Of a stretch of 64,000 nt of DNA, positions 44,427 to 57,229 are shown in pieces. A model generated the notes under the pieces. It was given only the letters and a program-made list of their open reading frames with translations. It did not search any database and was not told the origin of the DNA. The stretch spans positions 84,754,001 through 84,818,000 of the forward strand of contig OZ024743.1 in the NCBI GenBank assembly GCA_964016885.1, given 5' to 3'. Source of the stretch: Eledone cirrhosa. Lineage: Eukaryota. How positions within the stretch are numbered: position 1 is the stretch's first letter; every line of letters begins with the position of its first letter. The position numbers were made by a program, and so were the translations under genes.

Positions 44427-45386
44427 TATGTGATATGTTTAATAAGTAATGAGAAAATTTCAGGAGAGGCATTGAATATCATTCAATTAGAATTTCTACT
44501 TCATGGTGAAGTAGACTTACATATATAATGTACAAATTGACTAACTGGCAACTTCCTATCTGCCTATGTTGAAGCGCAGTGGTGTACAAGTGGTGGAACC
44601 AGTGTGATCCAATTCACCGATCTGTCAACATGTATTAAGATGCAGGGAAACGTGAAGCAACGTTACGCCAACAAATTTTGTGTTAAACTTAAGAAAACCA
44701 AATAAGAAGCTTATGGAATATTAGAGGAAGCTTATGAGGGTGAATTGGTGAGCAAAGCAAGTTTCAACAGATAGTTTAAACAATTTTCTGAAGGAAATAA
44801 ACTAGTTGAATATGAACACAGATCTGGGGCACCAAACAGAGCATGAAAGGAGGAAACCGAGGAAGTGTGAAAGTTAGTGAAGCAAGACTATTGAGCTATT
44901 GTTAGGATGGTTTCTGAAGCTGTAGAGAAATTCTGACCAAAGATCTGGAGCTCCACAAAGTCTGTGCTAAGTTTGAACCAAAGATCCTCCCCAATAACCA
45001 GAAGCAGTTTTGTATGGACTGAGATAGAGGTTGATTCTGGTTTCCTGAATAAGTGATGAGATTTGGGTATTCACCTATGACCCTGACAACAAACATCAGA
45101 GTGTTCAATGGAAGCATGTGTCCTCCCCCAGGCCCAAGAAGTAAAGCTGAACAAGGTCACAAGAGAAGGCCATAGTCATTCCCTTCTTTGACTCCTAGGG
45201 GCTAATTCACATTGAATGGATTACTGAGGGCCAAACTGTCAAAATGGAGTATTAAAGTTCTGAAAAGGTTCAGGGAGAGGATGACAAAGAAGAGGCAACA
45301 GCAATAGTAGTTCTACCAGAACCATGTCCCACCCCCACGTCACAATGTCTGAAATTTTCTCATAACTTATTGAACACACATATGTA
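44427..45386 (+). mobile_element. Mariner (Tc1/mariner) transposon relic with TIRs and degenerate transposase
   Basis: From 44640: MQGNVKQRYANKFCVKLKKT*EAYGILEEAY...EHRSGAP, LTKDLELHKVCAKFEPKIL, DEIWVFTYDPDNKHQSVQW, FFDS*GLIHIEW..EGQTV; TIRs tgtttaataagtaatgagaaaatttcag / ctgaaattttctcataacttattgaaca. Confidence 0.88.
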
Positions 45387-47669
45387 TCTTTTGGTACTAA
45401 ACAGTATAGTGTGTTATTGGTATTGCATAGTATGTTGATAAAACGGTACCATGAAAACTCACTGAGATCTGTCAAAATGTAAAAGTTTCTCATTTTAATA
45501 ACTGGCTTTCATTCCTACAATATCAAATGACAATTATTTCCAAAGTTTTTTTTAAATTATTTGTTGGTCAGTTGTAATTTTGATGAAGCTAGAATCATGG
45601 AGTATTTTATATTTTTTAAGTTTATCAAATATGTTATTAAATTTCAGATCAACATATAAAGAAAAACAACTTTCCAAGCTTATCATTTAATGCTTCTTTT
45701 CATCATCTTGTTCAGTGCACCAAACTCTGCTCATAGTAACTATTGTGCTGAATTTGAAAGCTTTGAATTTGTGGGAATTATTAAACAGAAGGAATGTTGA
45801 AATGACTAGAACGACTTCTTACTATCCATCATCACAGAGATGAAATGAAGGATACAATGGAGTGATACAGACAATTTACTCTATGTCTAATGTAAATAAA
45901 CAAAATGATAAAACTATGAGACAAAAGAACTGCCACTTGCTTTAACTCTAACTTAACATCCTATTCCTCATGAAACATTCTTGAAAAAGTTACAGAACAG
46001 CTTTATGACTGCACCACATTAAAACTTGAAGTCTTTACATTAGTTTAAAGCAAATTTTCACAAAGATATATCAACTAGTAAGTAAAGATATAATAAACAC
46101 CATAATTAATAAACCTGTTTTTAGATATTTTCTGCTAAATCATTATGGCATTATGGGGGTTAGAGTTAATACATATTAGATTATTACCTTTTAGTGATTG
46201 AAACAGTCCCCTATCACCACATCTTGATTCAATTGACAATAGGGAGGTGTAATACAGTTTCAATATTTAGCTTGAGCCCTCACATTTGAGACACAAGTAA
46301 CTCTTATGAAAACTGAAACATTTTTGATATACTCCTCTCATTTAACCAATTTGTTACATATTTCTAATGAAAGACACTGCCTATGATTTCAAGTCATTTT
46401 GAAAATAACCAAGAATTTAGTGGGATTTAGTAATATAACTAACTTTCTCATTATTAAGTTGGTACTTGAAACATAGTTTAAGAAATGTTCTTACATAAAA
46501 TTATGAAGGAAGGCTTTTAGATTAATATAAACACTTTAACATTTTTGTTACAATGTTTCTAATGAAAAACACTGCTTATGGTTTTCAAATCATTTTGAAA
46601 ATAAGAATTTAGTGGAATGTCTCATTATTAAGTTGGTGTTTGGAACATAAGCGTTCTTATATAAAATTATGATGGAAGGCTTTTAGATAAATATAAACAC
46701 TAACTATTTCATTACCATATTTTGAAAATAATCAAGAACTTAATTGGATTTAGTAATATAATTTTCTCATTATCAATTTGGTATTTGGAGCATAACTTAA
46801 CCCTTTATATTACTCTATATTTACTATTATATTTTCATGGTAAAGGCTTTACCTCACATAATATCAAATCTATGAGATTTTGATATTGTTTATTTTGAGA
46901 ATACATTAACATCAGCATGAGTGGCCGCTTACAGCCGGTTAGAACAGAAAGAGATGAGAGAATTCTGGCCAGTTTAAATGCTAAAGAGTTAACTAAGGTC
47001 TTTACATAAAATTATGATGAAAGGTTTTTAGATAAATAAAACAAAGTTTTATATAATAGAACCATGAGTGGTTTCATATGGTTTGATATCAAAGGGGTTT
47101 TGAAACAAATATAACTAGCAAGGAAAGCAGACATTAAATGTTGATGGTGACAAATATTACATTAATATGATAAAAAATCATAGTATCCACAATGATAACA
47201 AATATGTAAACAATAGGAGGGGGGCAGGACACATGAAATCACTATTACAATTACAACCAAACAATCCTAACCAACAAAAACAATGGTTATTAAATGTCCT
47301 AACGATAAACTAAACGACTGTTTCTTTTTTGCTACATTTTCTGTTGTTAATTACTAGGTTTTGTTTGACATTTCATCTAAAGACTTGTTCTTTGTGTGTG
47401 TCTGTGTGTATGGTGAATTATATCATTGGATATTACACAATTATACTACAGTCTTTGTGTATATTACAGTATGTGACATTGTACAATTATCGCAGTGTGG
47501 TGTATATTATATAGTATGTGATATACAATTATCTTGCAGTCTTTGTGTATGGAGTTCATTGTGACCAAACCAACAAAGAGACACCTTTTAAGTAGGAGAT
47601 ATTGAAGGGAATCACTGTATAGATTATACTGGCTGCTCATGTAATGACTATGACACCACAGCAACAGTA

Positions 47670-47785
47670 CAGATTAACCCCTTTCACAGCAACTGCCAAG
47701 ATGTGATATCACACCACAGCAACTGCCACAAATGTGATATAACACCACAGCAACTGCCACAGATGTGATATCACACCACAGATGT
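47670..47785. repeat. About 31-bp tandem repeat
   Basis: cacagcaactgccacagatgtgatatcacac units. Confidence 0.8.
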
Positions 47786-47934
47786 ATCAATCAGTGCTTA
47801 ATAAAGAATCTTTATTCATCTAAAGACTTGTTCTGTGTGTCTATGTGTATGGTGTATTGTATCATTCTCTCATCAACCATACTGTGTGTGTATGTGCGTT
47901 TATATTATTTTCTTCTACTAAACTGATTATGGTA

Positions 47935-48125
47935 GTCAACATAGACAGTCTAGTAATTCAAATGTAGACACTCTATCAGATAGTCCAATAATTCAAACAT
48001 AGACAGTCTATTAGATAGTCCAATAGTTCAAACATAGACAGTCTATGAGATAATCCAGTAGTTCAAACGTAGATACAGTCTATTAGATAGTCCAGTAATT
48101 TAAATATAGCCCAGTAATTTAGACA
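47935..48125. repeat. About 30-bp tandem repeat
   Basis: tagacagtctattagatagtccagtaattcaaaca-like units. Confidence 0.8.
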
Positions 48126-48129
48126 CATA

Positions 48130-51100
48130 TTATCCCTAGCGCATCATATGGCGGAAGAGAGACGTGATTCATCATACGAGTGTATATGAACACATATACA
48201 ATATGATTATGCTAATTCAGAATGTGTATTTAATTAGAAGGGTCTCTACAACAACTACAACGGTACGCGATGGGGCCCACCCACAGCCCCGGCGGACAGA
48301 ATGGAGAAGGCGTTTCCCCGGAGAACGGCGAGGGAGACGCGCTGGAAGAGCCACTCCAACTCATGGGGCTCACACCTGCGACTGGCCAGCTCAGTGCCTA
48401 TGGCGGTGAGTAAGGAGGTAGCCCTGGGGCCGAGGACACCAGAAGTCTCCACTGCCAGGGGTACAACCGCAAACCTGTCGGAGAGCGACCGGCATTTGAG
48501 GAGTTTGGTCCCCCCAGCCCGACGTGCAGCAGAACCTGGGTCAGTCGCAGACTGCACCAGGTTGCAGCTGCAGAAAGTGTCGGTGCAAGTGGCATCCACA
48601 GACGAGGGGTTTGCCACCGCGGAACGGGAAGATGGTCATGCCATCTGGCCTTTTGCTGTCCCCTCGATCCAGCCCCACTGGCTCGAGCTGGGATGGGAAG
48701 CCTGCAGCGTCCAAGCCATGTTTAATGACCTCGTTGAGGGCAGCATGGCGTGGAATGCGGCCGGCACTGTGGCGACAGGAAAGCGGGTGGAGGCCGAAAG
48801 AGTCCACGGTGGAACCGCAGCGACATTGGCGTAGCTGGCAGATCCGGAGGCCGAGCCTCAGGGAAACGCTGATGCGCAGACTATGCTTGTCTAGCTGCGT
48901 GCCAGTGGAGAAGGAGGGCAGGGCATGGAGCCAGGCACCACTGTGGGGTTTGGAGGCTGCACAAAAACAAGCAAGGCAGTGCTGGTCGAGCTGGCGCGTG
49001 AGCCTGTCTAAGGCCAGGCTGCACTAGATGGCATCCCAAGTGCGTTGGGGGAACTTGACGTCAACAGGGGAAGAAGGAGGAGGGACGTCTACTGGGCTAA
49101 GTCCTAGCCGGTCCCACGTCTCACAGGCGGCCTCACGTTCTCTGAACACAGAGGGTTCTGTTGTGTTTTGAAGAACCCTGCTGACGAGGATGTGGCATGA
49201 GGTTACCGACGAAAGATATGCCGTCAAAGCTAGTGAGATCAGGGATCGGAGGCGAAGGCCGCCATACCTGACAGGTAAAGTGGCCTGTTGCCACCTTGTC
49301 GTCAAACTTGACGTTGCATATCTCCTCAGCTGCTGTTCGGATGGCAGGCGGGTGGATCGGTGATCCAAGAATGAGGACATCCTCTTTGGGGGTTACCTGA
49401 ACCTGGCGTACAAGACGGAGGCTGCAAAGCTCGCAGCATCGAGGTTGACATTCACCACCGATTGAAGGTCATGGCAGACCGTCCACACAGGCCCGCCCAA
49501 CGTAGCATCATCCAGATACGAAACATTGAGGGTGGCTGTGATACTCCGGGCGATGTGGTCAATACCAAGGGCGAACTGGATGGGTCCCAAAGAGTCGCCC
49601 TGTTGGACCCCAGTGGCCGAAGGTATGACCATATCAGCAGCAAGTAGCATGGTCGGGGCTCCATAAGACAGGTAGGCCAGCGAGTAGGCAGAGGGGACTC
49701 GGCTGAAGCAGGCCTCAAGCAGATGATCCCGGCGTAAAGAGTTAAAGGCATTCCTCATGTCAAGCTTGACAATGAGGTGCCTGGAGTCCCTGGATGCCGG
49801 TTCCAATGGGCAGCTGTTGCAGAACTGCCTGGTTGCATGAGCGGCCCCCTCACAGCCACCGGACACGCCGACACCCAGTTGCACCGGACTAAACTCCTCA
49901 CCCAGTTCGTGTTATGGACTTGCAGATCACCTTGGCAGCCAGCCTCCGGAAGACATTGCCCACAGCAATGGGGCGTATGCCACCTTCTTTCTTCTGAGAG
50001 CGGTGAGGTTGGGCGAAAAATAGAAGCCTCGGGCGTAAGGGTCCAGGGCGCCATGGATGAGCCTATTGGGGAGTGCCACAATTGCACTCAGAAGGCGGCA
50101 TCCGGCCTCAGCGGACAGGGGAGATATCAACTCCCTGAGGTGGCCTGGTCGGAGACCATCAACACCTCCGCAGCTGCTAGCTGGGAAGGACCTGATGGCG
50201 GACATGATGTCTGCATCAGAAGCCACAAGGAGCTAGTGTGGGACGGGTGGGGGTATGGGTTTGAGATCAGTAGGTGGCTCAAGGTGTTTGTGTTGCAGAG
50301 CAGCCAGGACCTCCTTGGTGGGTTGGAGGACAGTGTCCTCTGAGGCAACAACTCTGACTGCGGCCGAGACATCACCCATGATAAGCTTGGCATTTACCTG
50401 GTCACACAAACGCTTGGCACCGGAGGATAGGGGGTACTTGAGGGTGGGGTGTGTGGCGTCCTTGGGCATGCTTGGAATGGGCGCTCGCCCAAAGGACGAG
50501 ACATTGGCCCAGAAAACAGAGTTCCACGTGCTGTAATCTGGTGGGCTCTTAGAAAACTAGGAGTAGATGAATGGCTTGTGAAAGTGGTACAAGCCATGTA
50601 TAGGGGAGCAGTCAGCAAAGTTAGGGTTAGCAATGAGTATAGCGAGGAATTTAGCGTACAGGTTGGGGTCCACCAGGGCTCTGTTCTTAGCCCTCTCCTG
50701 TTCATCATAGTCCTGCAGGCAATAACGGAGGAGTTTAAGATCGGATGCCCATGGGAACTCCTAGCTGAATCTATGGTAGAACTAGAGAATAAATTCCAAA
50801 CTTGGAAGCAGGGACTAGAAAGAAAGGGTCTCAAAGTCAACATGACAAAGACTAAGGTCCTTGTAAGTAGACGAGAAAACAGAACCCAGATCCCCTCAGG
50901 GAAATGGCCTTGCTCAGTATGTAGGAAAGGTGTAGGTAGGAACTCCATTCTCTGCCCCAAATGCAAACAATGGGTACACAAGAGATGTAGCGGGATGTCA
51001 GGAAGCTTAATTAAGAATGTAGGATTCACATGCAGCAGCTGTGCTGAGACAGCAAGCAGCAAACAGCCACAGGAAACAAGTACCACCAATCTCTGGGAGG

Positions 51101-52745
51101 GCCCTGTAGAAACAGTAGACAGCTTCTGCTACCTAGGTGACCGAATTAGCAGCGGAGGTGGGTGTTCAGAAAGTACAATAACTAGGGTAAGAACGGGATG
51201 GAAGAAGTTTAGGGAACTACTACCACTGCTAGCTGCAAAAGGCATCTCCCTCAGAATGAAAGGCAGACTGTATGATGCGTGTATCCGAACAGCGATGTTG
51301 CATGGTAGTGAGACCTGCGCGCTGAAGGTGGAAGACTTACGGAGATGAGAGAGAAACGAAGCCTGCATGCTCCGATGGATGTGTAACAGTAATATACGTG
51401 AATGACAAAGCATAAATGAATTGAGAGAGAGACTGAGGATAAGAGGAATCAAATGCTGTGTGCAGGAGAGGCGGTTGCGCTGGTATGGACATGTGATACG
51501 TATGAAGGATGACAGCTGCATAAAAAAAGGTGCAGAGCACTAGAAGTTGATGGAAACCGCGGAGTGGGGAGACCCAAGATGACCTGGGATGAGGTGATAA
51601 AAGCCGACCTTACCCAATTACACCTCTCAAAGACAATGACACACGACCGTGACTTCTGGCGTCACGCAGTAATACAGAGTACCCGACCTCCCATGAGTAC
51701 AAGCTGAAGCATATAGACAATATGCCCCCCCCCCCCCCAAGGTGGTCGTGGAGGTGCCACGGCAAAAAAACACCCAGCCCACACTGTAAAGTGGACGTGT
51801 TGGCGCCACGAAAAAGCACCCAGCACTCACTGTAAATGAGGTTGGTGTTAGGAAGGGCATCCAGCTGTAGAAATCAAGCCAGATCAGTTCCTGTATGAGC
51901 AAGGCATGGTCAGCCGACCAGACACTGCCCACAACAGGACAACCCGTCTAACCCATGCTAGTGTGGAAGAACGAACGTAAAACGGTGATGATGATGATGA
52001 TGATGAAGGCTGCTGTTGACCGGTCGCCCCGGTCAACGCCAGAGCTGGGGAGGCCGAGGGCAAGTGGGGCGAAATAGAACAGCCGCTCCCAGTCACTGGC
52101 TCGATTGGAGTCCAGGGTGCTCTCAATCGAGGAAGCAAAGGCATCAGCTACCGACACCCGTGCCGCTCTCGGGATCCTGAGTGGGATCTTCCGGAGCCGC
52201 CTGAGCCGAGCGATGTTGACCAGCGAGGCTTGGGCGCCAGGCAAGCTCGCTGTCCCATCTGGTGGTGTGCCAGACGGCCGTGGCTGGGAAGACGTAGGGA
52301 AGAGGCAACTCCTGCACCTCCACGATGCGAGGGCATTGGAAGCTCGATGAGTCAAGCCAACGCAGGTGAGGTGGTGGAAGCAGCCGCACCCCAAACAGTT
52401 CTGGCCCCTCTTCCGTTTGTTAGTGGTGTTGCAGGTGTCGGATGGAAGATGGGGCATGGGGCCGGGGACTGGGGCACCGAGCGGCATCAGGGGTGGGTGG
52501 AAGGGAAAGTGCTGGTAAGAGGGCCTCATAGCTCACCTATATATATATAGAGGTGTCAGAAAACAAGAGAGAAAAGAAGGAGCTGCATGGAGGGGGACAC
52601 ACAGGAAGGTAGAATGTTAGTAAATGAATGAGTGAATAGATGAATGTACAAAAAAAGGGGTGGGGGAGAACGGGGTTGTTCCCAGCGGAAAGACCCAGAG
52701 TTCAGCACGCACGGAACATATGTAAGCAAAATGTGGTCCCCATCC
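48130..52745 (-). mobile_element. RLE-class non-LTR retrotransposon (CRE-clade-like), frameshifted, with N-terminal PHD-like finger, RT, CCHC knuckle and restriction-like endonuclease; interrupted by an RTE
   Basis: CLGCGCFHHLTC...WRCRSC; PIAVGNVFRRLAAK; QLGVGVSGGCEGAAHATR; KLDMRNAFNS; GVQQGDSLGP; YLDD; ATLPVRYGGL; [19 protein letters not shown]; KRPDG; DATC; PLAVETSG. Confidence 0.88.
50514..52006 (+). mobile_element. 5'-truncated RTE-type LINE (RT with embedded PHD finger), 3' UTR and (GAT)n tail
   Basis: RVPRAVIWWALRKLGV, GVHQGSVLSPLLF, CSVCRKGVGRNSILCPKCKQWVHKRC, FCYLG, LHGSET, LRWYGHV, GRP..TW; premature stop at 51346. Confidence 0.92.
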
Positions 52746-53754
52746 TATCTAAGAAATCAGTAGCTCCAATTAAATAGACTTGGCTTGTGACAACTCATCC
52801 AACCCTTGCTGGCAGAGAAAACCAACTTTAAATGATGATGATGATGATTCAACTGTTTGGTAGTGCAGAAAATCAAAAACTTTCTTTTTCTTCAGTTGTG
52901 AATTAACAGAGTTGTTCCAAACACCAGCTTAATAAAAAGAAAATTAGTTGTATTAATAAATTCCACTAAAGTCTTGATTATTTTCAAAATCATTGAAAAT
53001 CAGAGGCAGTGTCTTTCATGGAAATATGGTAATGAATAACAGTCCACAGGCTTCCACAAGTTGTCTACAAAACTTCAATCAAAGCTGTAGTTGACCCAAA
53101 GCTACGGCTTAAGACATTATTGTGCAGTGAGACTGAACCCAAAACTATGTGGTTGTGAAGCAAACATCTTAACCACACAACTATACATGAAACCACTGAT
53201 GATATAAACTATATATGGTCAACCAATGTTGAATGTTTATTTCAGCAATGTGAGCTGTGTGAAATAAAATAGGTTATCAGTTTGAAGTAATAAATGTGTG
53301 TCTAATCTACAGTAAACTGAGACAACGTAGGATGTGAACCTATAACCAACATTTTACTTCTCCTCCACCTCACTCAACAGTACATTTTATTAGAAACAAT
53401 CTCAATAATTTGTAGCTGTATAAAGGTGGTGGTGGTGATGCTGAATTGGTAGACCATCAGATAAAATACCATTGGGGTATTTGTTCTGGCTCCTGACATT
53501 CTGAGTTCAAATCACACCAAGGTCAACTTTGCCTTCTGTGGTCGATAAAATGTAATTCAAATACTGAGGCTGATTTCATCAACTTTGCTTTGAGCAAAAT
53601 ATTAGATATCGATATTTTGTACCTGTTTAAATTTAATCTATTCCTAAAAAGAAAACTTGGTTTCAATCTGACAATTTCAGAGCCTTACAGTTCAAATTCA
53701 CCTAACCTCCCACTAAAAAGCAATAAAATAAATATTAACATTTAACAAGGGTAT

Positions 53755-54104
53755 GGAGGCACATGGCTTAGTGGTTAGAGCATTGGCCCTGCAATCGAAA
53801 GGTTGTGAGTTAAATTCTCAGACCGGGTGATGTGTTGTTTCCTTGAGCAAGACACTTTATTTCACATTGCTCCAGTTTACTCAGCTGTAGAAATGAGATG
53901 ATAGGGACGGGGGTCTATATCATTCCACTGCAAAGTGGTCGTGGAGGTACCACGGCAAAAAAGCACCCAGTACTCACTGTAAATGAGGTTGGTGTTAGGA
54001 AGGGCATCCAGCTGTAGAAATCAAGCCAAAATCAGTTCCCGTCCCACCCTTGCAAGCAGAGAAAAGCGGACATAAAATGATGATGATGATGATGATGATG
54101 ATGA
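53755..54104 (+). mobile_element. Full-length tRNA-head, CORE-like SINE with RTE-derived 3' tail and (GAT)n end
   Basis: A box tggcttagtgg, B-box-like gagttaaattc, ccttgagcaagacacttt core, 3' part matching the RTE UTR at 51740-51890. Confidence 0.88.
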
Positions 54105-54839
54105 CTACCACCCCCAGTAATATACTAAGGTTGAAAAATGAAATGAAAAGGACATTTACAACTCACACCTAAACAGGTTGCATTTCACAGAAATTTTTCT
54201 TAGGTGCTTTAATGATAGGTGGCTCCAGTCCTATCATGAAAACAAACAAGAAATGAAGCATCTTTTTCAAGAACAGAAAGCGCTGACTGGTTCCAGAACT
54301 GAACCTACAACCTTATGATTCTGAGTTCAACACCCTAACCACAAGGCGACATGCCTTTAGTATACAAGGGTTGGTTTGAATATATAAGCAGTATGTATTT
54401 GGTTTAGAAAAGCTACATTGTATCCCTGCATGTCGTACGAATCAACATCCAATTATAAAACATTGCCTCAAAATGTCCTGGCCAACCCATGCTAGCACAG
54501 AAATTTCAATGCAAACACAATGATGTTGATGATGTTGATGTCTTTCGTTAGAAATAATGGCAATGAAAGAGTTAACAGTCCTGCAAATTCAAACACTGAC
54601 ATAAAAAATTATCAATAGCTGAATCCCACCATGCAGGCACAATAACTACTCAACCAGGACATTTCTGGACTGAAAAGGATTATTCAATTTGAATGCAGAG
54701 GAGGATATAAGGAAACTGGAGAGAAATGAAGCAAGCATGAACTAAGAGACAAGCTAGGTATAACAGGAATCAAATGTGGTGTGCAAGAATTAGACTTTAT
54801 AACAGCAGTGATCGACATGGTTTCATTTTTTCAATAACC

Positions 54840-55270
54840 TTAAATTCCGTCCACCATCAATAGCATTACAAATAAAAAAGAAGTTATATAATGATGGAAA
54901 TATGAAAAAGAAAGATAAAACAAAATTAAGTAATGAGAAAAGGGTGAGAGTGTAAAAAAGGGCAGATCTGGCTGTATGGGAAAGTAGAGGTAAGGACTAT
55001 AAATGCCATAAATGAGAGGAAAAGGAGGGAGAAGGAGAGAGGGTGAGGCGATGTTTGGGCTACGCACTGTGGACAAAACTGAAAAGGCATTTCCATGGAC
55101 ACTGGCCAGTGACACCTGCTGCAACAGCCATCCCACCTCATGGGGCTCCTTCCTCAGACGGGCTACTGACGTTTCCATTGACTTATTGAAGCTTGGAGTA
55201 GGAATGGTATCTGTTGTTAGCCAGACAGCCTGGGTCAAACAAAAAACATGTGGCTTGCCAAATGAGTAAA
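54840..55270 (-). mobile_element. Second, older 3' fragment of a CRE-like element
   Basis: RKEPHEVGWLLQQVSLASVHGNAFSVL is homologous to RCEPHELEWLFQRVSLAVLRGNAFSIL at 48300-48380. Confidence 0.8.
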
Positions 55271-57229
55271 TATTTCAACAGCTGTATGCTTGTCATTAAC
55301 CACTCAACTGTGAAATGAAACTGGTCTCACTTGTCAGCCAGACAGATTGTCACAGGCAACAACCAAACAAACTACTTTATATAATTATTAGATAGCAATA
55401 TGAATGAGTAAGGATAAAAAGAAAATATTTAGAGAATGCACCCAGTCAACCCTTTAAAGTGGTAGTGCATAAAATGTTCCCAGTACAGTGTAAAGGGGTT
55501 GGTATTAGGAAGGGCATCTAGCCATGGAAATCATGCCAAATATGGAACATATGAGCAAGGCATGGTTCTCTAAATGTGACTGAACTTCAAGAGTTGTTAT
55601 GGATCCTACAGAGAAACAAAAGCAACATAAGAGCGTTTGTTAGTATTAAAAGCAATTAAGACAACAGAGGAACCACAAATTAGTAAAGAGCTAAACAAGA
55701 TGATATATAGTATTTAGTGTTCAACCTTGTGCTCCTGAGTTCACATCCAGCCAGGGATGAACTATTACATAGCAGAAATAACCCCCCAGCCATATAGAAA
55801 GACTTGTGACCAAAGAAAAAAATTACCCCCCACCCACCCCCTGCAAAAAAAACCCCCATAAATACTTTACCTTCTATCTACTGACCCCCCACTGAAAGTT
55901 AAAACATCTCACTTATTACAAACCACAATAACTCTCTCTTAACTATTAAAATCTTGAACCACATTAGACATTCTTGAAAGGTACAAAACAAAGCATCACA
56001 TTAAAAGTTTTCACAATGATCTTTCCACCAGAAAAGATACTATAAATACTTAAATTGACAAGCCCATTTTTAGTTTATTTTCTTCTAAATCAATACAGAA
56101 TGTTAAGAGGTAATAGGTGCAGCATAGCTGTGTCAATAACCAGTTGTTTTGGGTTCAGTCTCACTGCATTGCATTAGAGAACACTTGTATATATGTGTGT
56201 AAGGGTGTCTATGTTTATGTCCCATAACTTAGATTCAATAAAAAAGGGATAAAATAAGTACCAGACTTAAGCTATTAAAAGAATAAAAGAATGTTTTATC
56301 TTTCATCTGCTGATTTCATTGAAAATAAAACCATCTCATATTACAAACAACAAAAGAGTTAAAGGCTATAGTTGACCTGTAGCAACTTATGGCCACACAA
56401 TTTGCTAGAAATAGTAGTAAATCTATCCCAAATTATATTACCTACTTGGAAAAAGAATGGACACATTACATAATGTCCCTAAAATATATGAAATGTCATG
56501 GCTAAAATATTAACCCTTTTGATACCAGTCCACCAGAAACTCCTCAAATTTTATGTAACAAAACCACCCATTTCAAAGGGTTCCTACTTGGATTAAAATC
56601 TTCCAACATGATTTAATATAAGAACCTTTTGTTAAGTTATATTACAAATACTATGTTAATATTGATATAATTAATAATTTTAGTATGCCCTCGAAATTCT
56701 TCAATTACTTCAAATACAGTGTCTCATTATATATGATAATGAAAAGATTAAACATATAGCAGACAATTTCTGTAAAGCCAGCAACATGAGTCATCATTAT
56801 CATTAATCAAAACCAGTACTTAATCAGTATATCAAGCCACCTAAAACCACCCCTGGTTCTGTGAAACTAAACTGTTTATATTTATCTAAAAGCCTTTCAT
56901 CATAATTTTATGTAAGAACCTTTATTAAGTTATGTTCCAAACACCAAATTATAATAACTTCTTATTTAGGCACAAGGCCAACAATTTGTAAGAAGGGGAA
57001 ATTTGATTATATTGATTCTAGTATTTGACTGATACTTTATTTAATCACCTTCGAAAGGATGAAAGGCAAAGTTAACCTTGGCAGGATTTGAATTCAGAAG
57101 GCAAGGGCCATAAGCCTTTTGTCTGACAGTTTAATGATTCTGCCAATCCACAGCCCTTACCAATTTAATAATAAGAAAGTTATTTTTACTAAATCCCTCT
57201 AAATTGTTACTTTCAAAATTAATAAAAAT

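Noticed and set aside
48164-50343. Several plus-strand ORFs of 80-190 aa
   Set aside because: Antisense shadows of the GC-rich retrotransposon ORF.
52560-52745. HDV-like ribozyme in the 5' UTR of the RLE element
   Set aside because: Expected for some RLE clades, but I could not identify the nested pseudoknot pairings by eye.
48130-52745. Bacterial contamination or retron/group II intron RT
   Set aside because: Motifs are those of eukaryotic non-LTR elements, and a host-type RTE sharing its tail with local SINEs is nested inside.
53755-53830. tRNA gene
   Set aside because: A/B boxes are present but continue into a SINE body; no complete cloverleaf.
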